Shown: in pieces, positions 40,649-52,696 of the stretch
Layout: each line of letters begins with the position of its first letter
Numbering within the stretch: position 1 is the stretch's first letter
Source of the DNA: Hormiphora californensis
Lineage: Eukaryota; Animalia; Ctenophora
Assembly (NCBI GenBank): GCA_020137815.1
Contig: CM035351.1
Coordinates: 8,990,001 to 9,054,000 of the forward strand
Direction: 5' to 3'
DNA length: 64,000 nt
The notes under the pieces: model-generated
The model's input: only the letters and a program-made list of their open reading frames with translations
What the model was told of the DNA's origin: nothing
Database searches by the model: none
Program-made: the position numbers and the translations under genes

Positions 40649-41179
40649 ACGGTTCCTGGAGCGGTGCGGCCTAATAAACATGTGCTTTCCGTGGCGGCAC
40701 AGCCTCGCAACACTTTGATTTGATTTGGCAGTGCAGTGGTAGCCCCAGCCCAAACTTTTCAGATAGGGGTTGTTAGGGGTGGTAAAATGCAAATAGAAAC
40801 AAGTTAGTTAGTCAAACAAATGTTTCGCCAAATAAATGGCTCTTCAGTGACAATAAACAATTCTACACAGAACACACCGAGGACCCCTTGCTGGGAAGCC
40901 GGAAAAACGGTGGTCCGGAATGTGTTCTAAATAGTATGTATAGCCTAAAATTAGCCTAAAATTCATCAAAAACTAGAATTTTCCGGGGGCTTCGAGTTTT
41001 TGTAAAGGGCTGAAAATTGTTCGAAAAAAACAAAGCAAAGCAAGGTGACTAGGATACATTCCATGTCGGCCGTCGGGGTGCTGATATCCCTTTCTATGGC
41101 GTTTCAACCACAGTCATTTCGGTACAGATTTCGCTGCAGCATAAGCGGGCGCTACTCTACTGCAACAACAATCAGATTG

Positions 41180-41338
41180 TGTTATTTATGCACTCGTGTC
41201 GCTTTCGGGTCTCTCTCAAGAGAGCCCTTACCAATCATAGCTTGGTGGACCAGACGACATGCGCTAGACCAGAATCGAACCCGTTACCCGGACCTAGTGC
41301 GTGAGAGGCGAGTGTTATACTAACCACTACTGAGACCC
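41180..41338 (-). mobile_element. tRNA-derived SINE
   Basis: Minus strand: A-box-like TAGTGGTTAG, anticodon-arm remnant CGCCTCTCACGC, B-box GGTTCGATTC, then a non-tRNA body GGTCCACCAAGCT; no closing acceptor stem. Confidence 0.65.
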
Positions 41339-41844
41339 TCTGTAAAGTCCTTTTTTTCAACTGTTCACCCAAAAACTGAAATTTAGAACTTCTGATGAAA
41401 CCCTCAGAAAGAAATTCCCCCCAGACCCCCCTGCCGTTTGTGGTTGGAGTGTGGTCTTGGACCCCCCGTCCCAATTGGTGTTGGGGCCACCCCTATACCT
41501 TCCGAGAAGGCAGCATAACACGGTCGCTTGTAGTGGGAAAACGGTAATGGAAAACGAAGATACAGTAAGACGACGCGCAACCGTGACCAATCAGGGCGCT
41601 AGTACGTGCTGACACATGAACTTTTTGCTGCGCGTTATGCACTGTGCACGTCTCCTTACTGTATTTTGCGTTACCGTATTTTGACTGCAAGCAGCACTGT
41701 AAGGTGGAACTTTTCTTGGCAAACGCCGCTGGCCCACGGGATAAGACAGCGCTTTTCAAGCACTTTTAAAGTTAGCGAGGGCCTTTTTAAAAAGTTTTTT
41801 TTTAAATTCACTAACCCCAACACCGATTGGCATCACTTTCCGAC

Positions 41845-42119
41845 GGGCGCGATTATAATCTGGGTGCCTTGCAGCCCGTTTACAGGTGCACGCTACCAAA
41901 AGAGTACACTTAGACCGACTTTTTTCAAACGGCTATAGCCACGCAACCACATGGCCAATTTGAGTAAACTAAACGGTATCTGTTAGAGAATCGATAGCCC
42001 TAACCGATAACCCCAGACCAAACCCTAACCAGACCCTTACGAATAGCCCTAACCCGTCGCGCGTGCCAAAACTACGAATTGTTTAGCAATGAAAGGCACC
42101 CAGATTTTAACGTTTTCCC
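41845..42119. mobile_element. 275-bp MITE (GGG/CCC termini, 8-bp TSD) with CCCTAA motifs
   Basis: TIR GGG..GATTATAATCTGGGTGCCTT / AAGGCACCCAGATTTTAACG..CCC; TSD TTTCCGAC (41837-41844 and 42120-42127). Confidence 0.8.
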
Positions 42120-42149
42120 TTTCCGACAGCGGGGAACAAAACTTGTTTT

Positions 42150-44825
42150 AAAAAAGGGGAGAAGAAAAATAAAAAAGGAACAATAAATTACAATAAATTA
42201 CCCACACACCCTCATATACTCATTCTTCCTCTCTCTGCTCATGTATCTCGAAAGTCAACATCTTCCACTCTGACTGGGATCACACGTCTCTTGGTGCCCC
42301 TAAGCGCAACAAGTGTTGATCTCAGTAAGCTGAATCGTGTCTTTTCACGAATGAAGGACATGGTTTCAGCGTAACATTCCTTGTGCCTGTCACAGATCTT
42401 CCTGGCCGCTCGCTCCAAAACCTTCCCTACTTCTCAGGCAAAACCTCCCGACGTGGAGAATACGAGGGGAGTGAAGGAACCCTGCTCCACTTCTTGCACC
42501 CTTCGCATATAGGCAAGTTTCTTCTGATTTTGGTGCTGTTTATACAGGTTCGTGATGGGCACCTTCAGGTAGGATGGGGCATTAGGATGGAAAACCCGTA
42601 CATCCATGAAACTGGTCTGCATGTCAGACCACAAGCCACGACAGACTATGTCCATTCGTGCTTCAGCTTTGATATTTGCACTGATTGGCAAGTTGAATCC
42701 ATCACAGGGCAACATTGGCTGTTCAGTGTTAACGGGTTTAAATCCCGCGTACCGAAGGATATCTGCTAGGGTATCTCGCAGGTGGTCATGTCTCCACATA
42801 TCAAAGCCTCCAACCTTGCAGATCAAGGCGTGGTCACTGGTGTTTTGTGCCCCACAGCCGCATTTCCCTATCAGGTCCGGGAAGTGGAAGCCGTATCTGA
42901 GCCGAATGGCATCAACAAACTCAAGCTGGTTGAGCTCATGGCCGAGTTTCTGCAGCGGTCGAGCAGTTAGCCAACTAGAAGCACCGGGTTCGGAGCATAG
43001 CTCCATCGCACGCTGTGTCTTCATGTCAAGTACTGCAAAGATATCTGCACGTTCTGTTGCATGCCTCTCATCAGTGGCGTCAGCACACTTCTTCTTCAAC
43101 TTTCCGCTTTTCATCTCGGCATCCATGATGTTATTTGGACAGTCCTCTTCCGCCAGGATAAGAGACACTAGTGGTCCGGTAGCAAAACGGGAATTATTGT
43201 ATTCTTGATTAGCCGTTTGTACCGGATTTTCCAATGCCATACCTCCCATCTTGACGGGGAGTGCTAGGATCCTCCTCTCAATGTCCGAGATATGCTTTCC
43301 CACAAATAGGGGTATCAGCTTATGCCTCAGGATGTCTTCCATAGGTTGGAACAAGTGCCCTATTCAGGTAGTGTTCGCTGCAGGTTCGACCACTTCATTT
43401 TCAAACAATCCATATAATAAATTCCATAATGTTAGTCAGTCTGTCCGTTAATTGGTTTTTCAAACTCCTCCCACAGTTTTTGAGCTAGACCCCTGAAAAT
43501 TTGTACACTGGTACCTTGGACCAAGGCGGATGTAAGTACGGGCTCAGATTTTTGATCCGATCTTTACAGCAGTGACGTCACGGGGTGACGTCATTGCGAC
43601 AAAAAGACTTACATTTTTCAAACGCTTCTAAGACCCTGAAAACGGCTCTAAATCAAAAAACTAACGCAATAGTGGGGAAAGAGAATCGTTTGAACTTCAT
43701 TTTACCTGATAGCGATTTCCCGTAACTCAATGTTTAAGGGTCGTAAATCGCGTCGGGAAAGTTAAAAATGCCAAAAATACGATATTTTTCACCGTAGCCA
43801 CCCAAAATCTTATCCAATCGATATGAAACTTGGTCGTTATGTGAATTTTAATGTCCTTTGGCCAGGGGTTCCCGGAAAACGGATTGGCAAGATGAGAACT
43901 GACCGGAGTTCTTATAATTCACGAATTTGGAATTTTTCGTCGACCTTTTTTTGGCGACATAAAACGCGAACGAGAGGAAATTTTCAATGAATTTTAAAAT
44001 TTTACACTGCGCGCGTAGTTTTAGGTTCCGCGCGCGGCGTAAAAAAGCAGCGCTTTTTTGGTTTTGCGCATTGTCATAGCTCCTCGAGGTCGCATCCAAT
44101 CAAGAAATGTCCCTCAAGTTTTCGCTCCTCCTTGAGGAGATCTACAGGTTTGATCTGTATGGCGGCGCCATACCCCATTTGATTCTCAGTGCGCTCAGAT
44201 GGGTCGCGGCGCCAGACAGGGTTTGATGAAGGTCACTTTTGGATTGGATGCGAAATGAAGCCGTGAGAGTAACCTGAGATTAGGGTGGCGCGCGACTTTC
44301 TGCACGTGCTGATCTAACCGCTCCTACTATGAGACTCATTGCTCTAAGGAACAAACAAATTATCTTTTAAAAATCAAACACAAATGTCACCGGTTATACG
44401 AGGATAAATTACCATTTACCAGGTCACGGGTTCCCAGCAAACGGGTACTCTAGTAATAATAATAATCAATACATTTAATATACCGCTTAATAGTGTTAAA
44501 AATAAATGGTTCACTACCGGGGTTAACGGATAAACGTTATACCATTTACCACTTTCTAAAGCGGTAGATGCCTACCCAAAAGAAGAATGTTGTAGAACAG
44601 ACTCCCCTCAGATAGGAACTATATGCCAGTAGATAAACTGCGGACATAGTTCGAATATGCAAGGTGGGGGTGAGTTTTCGCAACAGTAACCAGGTTTTCA
44701 AGGCAGCTCACCCATTCGGACACTTTGTTCGTAACAAATGTTGTCTTGAATTCAGTCGATCCGATTGCTGCACCGAGGTGTCTGGCACCAGCAGTTGTTA
44801 TCCGACAGCCGAAGAGAAGCTAAAA
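42150..44825 (-). mobile_element. CRE-clade non-LTR retrotransposon (5'-truncated; end of RT, zinc knuckle, REL endonuclease), interrupted at ~43403-44634
   Basis: 44825-44635 ITTAGARHLGAAIGS...AKTHP..AYSNYVRS joins KMKWSNLQRTLP..GHLFQPMED; LPVKMGGMAL; CGCG...HALIC; RHD; ARMD...MDV; KKLAY; PLVFSTSGG. An in-frame TGA at 42434-42436 is followed by ...FSLLRSTLVALRG to 42239. Confidence 0.85.
43409..44453 (+). mobile_element. Non-autonomous Helitron
   Basis: Starts TCCATATAATAAA after a host A; GTCAGTCTGTCCG tract; ends with GC-rich CCC..CGGG then CTAG before a host T; no TSD. Confidence 0.7.
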
Positions 44826-45115
44826 AAGTCTGGGTTTTACAAATAAAAACTTGATATATTTATGCATCGCGCGGCGTCGCAGCGTTCTTCATAAAATCAA
44901 AATCTCGCGCGTTACGTTTTTTGTTGAAACAAGCCGCGCATTGAGACGCGCAAAAAAGAAACTTAACCCGGAAATTCACACACTTGATAAAAAATTTGAT
45001 AAAGGAGTTCTGCATAAAATGTCGTCACAGCAGCCCTGAATTCAGTTCTCATTTCTCACTTTTCGGCTTTGAACACCATACCATATCAAACGTTCCCGTT
45101 CTAGTTCTTTACGAA

Positions 45116-45613
45116 ATGCTGAAGCACATTTTCCTGCTACTGGTGTTGGGATCTCCTGTTCTAGGCCAACACAGTCATGGTCACGGCGGAGGAGCATCCG
45201 AAGAAACTGGTGGTGACCTCCAGTGCTACGATTGCCACGACATAACTGTTACGGCAGACGGAGTCGCTGTCGAAAACCCCTTTTCGGATTGGCCGGACTA
45301 TAAAACCTGCGACGGAACCCTTTCAACGAAAGAGTGCGGTAGATGTTTCACTGGTGAAATAACAATGGATGGACAACTGAATGGCACTACGCACAAAGTC
45401 CATCGAATTATGAAGGGATGCTGGGAGAAATATGCTTGCAAAAATATGGAAACTTTGCTGGGAATGATTGCTCAATATGATGGTATAACCTTTGGCGATG
45501 TGGACTATAAATATGCTAATTGTGACGAGAATGAATGTAACGGAGCTCTATCTATGGGTGGTAACACTTTCTGTGTGCTGTTGATGGCTTTGTTGGCCTG
45601 GTACTGCAACTAA
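45116..45613 (+). CDS. Intronless GPI-anchored Ly6/uPAR (three-finger; quiver/sleepless-like) protein
   Basis: Signal peptide MLKHIFLLLVLGSPVLG; LQCYDC; KGC; terminal CDENECN; hydrophobic GPI-signal-like tail. Confidence 0.8.
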   Translation: MLKHIFLLLVLGSPVLGQHSHGHGGGASEETGGDLQCYDCHDITVTADGVAVENPFSDWPDYKTCDGTLSTKECGRCFTGEITMDGQLNGTTHKVHRIMKGCWEKYACKNMETLLGMIAQYDGITFGDVDYKYANCDENECNGALSMGGNTFCVLLMALLAWYCN

Positions 45614-48530
45614 AAATAGACTGTCTTGGGGCGTTATATTTGTGTGAATAGTAAAATGTTTTTTTTTTCAGTTTTGTGAATATGAATCATTTTCAATTTG
45701 TCCCTAAAATCCCCTGGAAGGGAAGATAAAAGAACCGGATATGAAATCGGGGCAAGTTTATCCAAATGCAATGTGATATGGTTGTCATCAGCAGACTCCT
45801 AATAAGAATGTTATGTGAGACTGCATCTACATACGCCTTTTAGTTTTACTCAGTTACTGAAAAGTTAAAATAAGAACGCAAGGTTACGTTGCATTTCGTT
45901 TCACTTTTGCTTGTCTCAGACACCAAAAAGGGCTGTTTTCCTCAATAAAATACAACTCAAATCTGTCTTTAGTTCTCATTTCCATCACACATGACCTCCC
46001 AGTTACCACTGAACTGTCTCTCGGGCCTGGCCTGGTCTCATCACTAAATTACAGCTACATTTTTGTCCAATATTCCCCTCTTCCCCACACTAAAATGCAA
46101 CTTAAATCCGCCTCAAGTACCAATATTCGAGAACATATGATCTCTCAGTCACCAGCGAGCAGTCTCCCCGGCAACGCACAGTCCAATTGTTAGTTTAGGG
46201 CAGCAATTTTGGCCGAAATCGACCAAAACTTTGGAATTTCGCATCCTTATTATAAAGTACAAATGCGTGGCGTGATGAGTATGATGACCTATCATCACGT
46301 GCAAATAGAGGGGGTTGCCAAGGAGGTGCTCTGGGAGGGGTATTGGAGGGGGGATACTGCACGTGCGTGTTATTGGTTGTTTGTTGGGTGTTCCTGTGTT
46401 GTTCCTGTGGTGTTTTGGGATCTACTGCTGGAGCTGCCATGATTGCCAAAGCCTTTCTACCTACGTACCCCGTTGATTCTCTACACATGTCTACAATTCT
46501 ACGGATCTTTATCATCTGATTCTACATGTTATTCAGCGGAATTTCCCTTGATGTTTATCACCAGCGCTCTACCACTACCAACCTCCGTATTCTTTACCCC
46601 GACATGGAGAGACAAAGAGTGAGAGGGTGGGGGAGGTATATACCCTGCTAACTTAAATAATGCGCCAGTGGCGAGAAGTCCCACTAGCGCGCTCTCAGTA
46701 AACAGCCAGTCCAGCGGCAGATTATTTCCCACTGGCAGGTTATTTATTTGTAACATTCAAAGTGTGTGTAAATGATCAGTTCTTACTAAAATACAGAGGG
46801 AACACTATGTGCAACACTTACACACTACATTGGAGAGAAAGAAAGGACACATTCCGTCAATTACTCTCTCTTTATCTCCCCTTTTGTCTCACTATCTCTT
46901 CCTCTGTGTTATGTGTGACATGCCCCTTATCAGGATGTTTCTTTCACTCTCTTTCCTTAGCAACTGCTTAGTAACTGTTACCAAACAGTGTACACTCAAT
47001 TGTGAGGTGTTTTTAACTATTTCTCAGTTCTCTTTGTGTGTTTTGATTAGTGTTCTCTCTCTTGTTGGTGTGTAATACTTCAAATAAACAACTAAAGCAG
47101 GGTATATAACCTATAAACTCTTGTCACTGGCACGTTATAGGTTTAAACCCCTCCGCCTCTCCCTCGGCTACGCCTCGGGATCGTCGTCGTGATTTAAACC
47201 AGTTTATCCGCCAGTGGCGGATAAACTACAGCTACCTTCTCCCAGCGGCGCGCTGGGAGAAAGGTATCTGAAATAACGCGCCACTGGCAAGAGTTTATGC
47301 CTCATATAGATACGGGTGGGGGGGGGGGGTTGTAGGACTTAACAATGGGCTTTCTAGTTAAATTAAATTTGCGAAACTTTGTACTTTGCCATTGCGTGTT
47401 TTATAAAGGAGCACTAACAAGTCACAGAGCAGAATTCTATTCATTACTCGTTCGTTACGTTGCATTTCGTTTCACTTTTGCTTGTCTCAGACACCAAAAA
47501 GGGCTGTTTTCCTCAATAAAATACAACTCAAATCTGTCTTTAGTTCTCATTTCCATCACACATGACCTCCCAGTTACCACTGAACTGTCTCTCGGGCCTG
47601 GCCTGGTCTCATCACTAAATTACAGCTACATTTTTGTCCAATATTCCCCTCTTCCCCACACTAAAATGCAACTTAAATCCGCCTCAAGTACCAATATTCG
47701 AGAACATATGATCTCTCAGTCACCAGCGAGCAGTCTCCCCGGCAACGCACAGTCCAATTGTTAGTTTAGGGCAGCAATTTTGGCCGAAATCGACCAAAAC
47801 TTTGGAATTTCGCATTAAATTAAATTTGCGAAACTTTGTACTTTGCCATTGCGTGTTTTATAAAGGAGCACTAACAAGTCACAGAGCAGAATTCTATTCA
47901 TTACTCGTTCGTTACGTTGCATTTCGTTTCACTTTTGCTTGTCTCAGACACCAAAAAGGGCTGTTTTCCTCAATAAAATACAACTCAAATCTGTCTTTAG
48001 TTCTCATTTCCATCACACATGACCTCCCAGTTACCACTGAACTGTCTCTCGGGCCTGGCCTGGTCTCATCACTAAATTACAGCTACATTTTTGTCCAATA
48101 TTACCCCCCGCCCCACCCCCACCCGCCCTCCCCCACCCACCTCTCCCAATATAGCGGACATTGCTAAACACCACACTACAGAGACAATCCTTGTGTTTTG
48201 GTGCACTAAGTCGCTTATCGCGTGTAACAACTAACAAATGTTCTTATCTATCTCATCCGAATTGTCTTCTAGAACATTTTACACTTTAGTGGTGCTACAA
48301 TCTGTCCTACCCCTTATTTGTGTTTGATTGTTCTCGTTTATCTTTATCTCTAACGGAAAAGGATACACCTCTCGGCTCTCATCTCCATTCCCATCACCAA
48401 CCAACATCACGGTAACAATCATCCATCAAAATTCTGTAAGTTCACCTGTTCGTATTGTCTGTTCACAGATTGTGTAAAGTTTATATTGTGAATGTAATTG
48501 ACTATTCAAAACACGGTATACATCGGGATT

Positions 48531-48737
48531 CCAGACCCAAACTCAAGACATTCACAAAGGCAAAACGTTACCTTGTTCCAGACCAAACTAAACTCAAGAC
48601 ACTCACAAAGGCAAAAAGTTACCTTGTTCCAGACCAAACTAAACTCAAGAAACTCTCAAAGGCAAAACGTTACCTTGTTCCAGACCAAACTAAACTCAAG
48701 AAACTCTCAAAGGCAAAACGATACCTTGTTCCAGACC
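48531..48737. repeat. 51-bp VNTR (~4 units); also at ~49046-49252 (inverted) and ~50334-50540
   Basis: Unit CCAGACCAAACTAAACTCAAGAAACTCTCAAAGGCAAAACGTTACCTTGTT. Confidence 0.9.
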
Positions 48738-48802
48738 CTGTAACTTTATAGGATAAAGCTTGCGTAATCATTGAAATCTATGTATTATTATGATCAGTTT
48801 TT

Positions 48803-50094
48803 TTTTTTTTTTTTTTTGGGGCATTAAGCTAAGGCGTACCAAGTCTCATACCACCCGGGTATAGACGGCATAGCCTGGAACCCTCCGTACGAACTCCCTT
48901 GAAAATTCAAGGGAGAGCAGTGCACATTGGAGGGCCCTACGCTTGTCTTGTGTCTGTCTTGGTCAGTCATTTAGATAGTTAAAAACTGATCATAATAATA
49001 CATAGATTTCAATGATTACGCAAGCTTTATCCTATAAAGTTACAGGGTCTGGAACAAGGTATCGTTTTGCCTTTGAGAGTTTCTTGAGTTTAGTTTGGTC
49101 TGGAACAAGGTAATGTTTTGCCTTTGAGAGTTTCTTGAGTTTAGTTTGGTCTGGAACAAGGTAACTTTTTGCCTTTGTGAGTGTCTTGAGTTTAGTTTGG
49201 TCTGGAACAAGGTAACGTTTTGCCTTTGTGAATGTCTTGAGTTTGGGTCTGGAATCCCGATGTATACCGTGTTTTGAATAGTCAATTACATTCACAATAT
49301 AAACTTTACACAATCTGTGAACAGACAATACGAACAGGTGAACTTACAGAATTTTGATGGATGATTGTTACCGTGATGTTGGTTGGTGATGGGAATGGAG
49401 ATGAGAGCCGAGAGGTGTATCCTTTTCCGTTAGAGATAAAGATAAACGAGAACAATCAAACACAAATAAGGGGTAGGACAGATTGTAGCACCACTAAAGT
49501 GTAAAATGTTCTAGAAGACAATTCGGATGAGATAGATAAGAACATTTGTTAGTTGTTACACGCGATAAGCGACTTAGTGCACCAAAACACAAGGATTGTC
49601 TCTGTAGTGTGGTGTTTAGCAATGTCCGCTATATTGGGAGAGGTGGGTGGGGGAGGGCGGGTGGGGGTGGGGCGGGGGGTAATATTGGACAAAAATGTAG
49701 CTGTAATTTAGTGATGAGACCAGGCCAGGCCCGAGAGACAGTTCAGTGGTAACTGGGAGGTCATGTGTGATGGAAATGAGAACTAAAGACAGATTTGAGT
49801 TGTATTTTATTGAGGAAAACAGCCCTTTTTGGTGTCTGACAGTGGTCATCCGACATAATTGCCATACCTCGACGTGAAATTCGACCTGAATCTCGACCTG
49901 GAATGAGGCGCGCATTTGTAGTAAAAGACTAGCGAGAGAGAAGAGTTGAAGCGCGACATCATTTGCTTACTGCGGCATCTCTCTGATGCACGCCTCATTC
50001 CAGGTCGAGATTCAGGTCGAATTTCACGTCGGAATATGTCGGATGACCACTGTGAGACAAGCAAAAGTGAAACGAAATGCAACGTAACGAACGA
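48803..50094 (-). mobile_element. Second, 5'-truncated copy of the same retroposon inserted antisense into the first
   Basis: Begins with poly(T), then the reverse complement of the 3' end seen at 50606-50768; flanked by the direct repeat 48292-48802 / 50095-50605. Confidence 0.75.
49840..50052. mobile_element. 213-bp foldback MITE with 3-bp TGA TSD
   Basis: TIR CAGTGGTCATCCGACATA / TATGTCGGATGACCACTG; the empty site GTCTCAGACACC is visible in the other three copies of the block. Confidence 0.88.
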
Positions 50095-51309
50095 GTGCTA
50101 CAATCTGTCCTACCCCTTATTTGTGTTTGATTGTTCTCGTTTATCTTTATCTCTAACGGAAAAGGATACACCTCTCGGCTCTCATCTCCATTCCCATCAC
50201 CAACCAACATCACGGTAACAATCATCCATCAAAATTCTGTAAGTTCACCTGTTCGTATTGTCTGTTCACAGATTGTGTAAAGTTTATATTGTGAATGTAA
50301 TTGACTATTCAAAACACGGTATACATCGGGATTCCAGACCCAAACTCAAGACATTCACAAAGGCAAAACGTTACCTTGTTCCAGACCAAACTAAACTCAA
50401 GACACTCACAAAGGCAAAAAGTTACCTTGTTCCAGACCAAACTAAACTCAAGAAACTCTCAAAGGCAAAACGTTACCTTGTTCCAGACCAAACTAAACTC
50501 AAGAAACTCTCAAAGGCAAAACGATACCTTGTTCCAGACCCTGTAACTTTATAGGATAAAGCTTGCGTAATCATTGAAATCTATGTATTATTATGATCAG
50601 TTTTTAACTATCTAAATGACTGACCAAGACAGACACAAGACAAGCGTAGGGCCCTCCAATGTGCACTGCTCTCCCTTGAATTTTCAAGGGAGTTCGTACG
50701 GAGGGTTCCAGGCTATGCCGTCTATACCCGGGTGGTATGAGACTTGGTACGCCTTAGCTTAATGCCCCAAAAAAAAACAAAAAAAATAAGAACGCAGTAA
50801 GGCGCGAGGTTACAATGATTTCGATGCCGCTTACAGTGCGCGTGCACAGTGACGTAACTTTGCGGATATCCCAGTTTCGCGCGGCTGGTGTTTTATTTAA
50901 AAACAGTCTGGTTTTCTCCACCACCAAATTGTCCGTGTGGAAAACACCACTGAACACAGCCTATCTTGGCGGTTACGTGCAGCTCCGACACAATGAGATC
51001 CGGGACCTTACTGCAAACTTGTTGAAAGAGGCCGGATGCCGTGATGTTTCAAGAGAACCCCATCTTTCATCAACTACATCATCATCAACTACACATCATC
51101 ATCAACTACAACGTAAAACTATTTATTGAGGTGCGGCATCCTCCACCTCAATTGTTTCAGTCGTTTATGACCCTACTGCAAACAGTGGACGCGAGGAAAC
51201 TGTTTATCACTCCTTCTACGACCATCAACGGAAACCCCGAGGTAAAGTGACTGTAAGTACACACAATCACCACAATCCTCACCCCATCCGTGAATCCTAT
51301 CCACTCACC

Positions 51310-52696
51310 ATGGTGTCTACATTAAGAAGTGGGAATGCGTTTTCGCCATACGAACTTCAAACACCACCAAGAGTGTCCCATGGACCCATCCCTATTCAAA
51401 CACCTAGCCACTTCACCTCGGCCAATCAATGTCTGTGTAATGGGAAATTGACAAACAGGACCATGCTGAAGTGTAGTACGTGTAAATCGTGTTTTCATGA
51501 TGAATGCGTGGGCTTGAAGTCATTAGGTGATCTTCTTACGCCATCAGACGATGGTTTGTTCTCTCTAGAGGGCTGGGTTTGCCCAGAATGTATCGTTACG
51601 GCCAGGCTACTCCAACCTGGGAGTCCAATCTTTGACGCTATAGCCACTAAAGCAGCCAGGCTCATAGCAAACACTAGCGGTAAATCATCAGATCCACCCC
51701 AAGCTGATTGCACTTTCAACACATCCATGATCAATTCTGCACAATCTACTGATGACACCAGTCAGTCTTCATCTCCTTCTACATCAACCACCTCGATCAC
51801 TGACTCATATGCATCTCAAACGTCCAAAAACGTCCAAACTAATGCTCCTAACCATGCAGGTACGATCAACCCGAGAATCATCCCTTCAGCCAGAACACAG
51901 CTACCTCCGCAACCACGCCTCACTGTGCACTGTGATGACGTCCCTGAAACCAGAAAAAGCATTGACATGGCCCTAACAGATATCCCTATCGCAAATGTGA
52001 GAAACTTCTCATCTTCTATCAAACTCTGGTTCCCAAACTGAAAAGTCCCAAGAACTTGCCACACTCAAACTGAAAGAGGCGGGTGTTCTCCAAAATACTA
52101 CCAGAATATCTGATCTTGTCATGTCAAAGGTGACACTCCGTTTTGTTCCAGTTGACCTTCTGCCCACAGATGCATCGCCCGAAGATTCTCGAAAGTTCTG
52201 TCTCGACAAACTTAGGGCAAAAAATGATCTCCTGAAAAGTTGTTCTGACCTCTCAATTGTTTATTTTAAACGAATGGAGTCAGATCCTAATCTTGCGACA
52301 GTGGCACTCAAACTCCCTGTTGAACTGAAAGACAAACTTCTCAGCGAAGGAAGGGTTTTCTTTCATATGTCATCTGTGAAAGTCTACCATCGTGTGCACA
52401 TTAAAAGGTGCCCCCATTGTCAAGCTCTTGGGCACTATCCCGACCAATGCCCAAAACGATTGCATCCTGCTACCTGCATGTACTGCGCTGAAAAACATCC
52501 AACAAATGATTGCCCTGTAAAAGAAGACACGGAGAAGCATCAGTGTAAAAACTGTCTACATTCCAGTCGTTCCAACCCAGATATCCCAGTCCACCATGCT
52601 GGTTCGTCAAAATGCCCCACCTATAAAGAACAGTACGACAAGCTCTCAAAAAACTACCGTCTTCGCAGCTCCCTGCACTCAAATACGGAAATCTAA
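51310..52696 (+). CDS. LINE b ORF1: PHD finger plus CCHC knuckles (frameshift near 52035)
   Basis: CLC...CSTC...FHDEC...WVCPEC; CPHCQALGHYPDQC, CMYCAEKHPTNDC, CKNC...HHA...CP. Confidence 0.85.

Larger units (their letters stand above)
45881..50782 (+). mobile_element. Composite apparently non-coding poly(A) retroposon with internal direct repeats, a 51-bp VNTR and an inverted self-insertion
   Basis: 14-bp TSD AAAATAAGAACGCA (45867-45880 and 50783-50796) at a TT/AAAA site; A-tail 50769-50782; repeated block at 45884-46244, 47454-47814 and 47911-48101. Confidence 0.75.

Noticed and set aside
41260-41338. Possible tRNA gene on the minus strand
   Set aside because: A and B boxes are present but the stems do not close into a cloverleaf and a SINE-like body follows.
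41998-42053. Interstitial telomere
   Set aside because: Only scattered CCCTAA motifs inside a TSD-flanked MITE, not a tandem array.
42434-42436. In-frame TGA as selenocysteine or readthrough (also near 62672)
   Set aside because: Both occur in sequences that have other disruptions and no SECIS was recognised; decay or sequencing error is simpler.
48455-50554. Three copies of a 98-aa repeat ORF (MSVHRLCK...)
   Set aside because: Non-ATG start, and the frame is kept open by the 51-bp VNTR within a repeated element; no domain recognised.
48292-50605. Fold-back or chimeric read artefact as the sole explanation of the inverted triplication
   Set aside because: The inverted copy has its own poly(T), a private substitution and a private MITE with TSD. 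Read-level confirmation is still needed.
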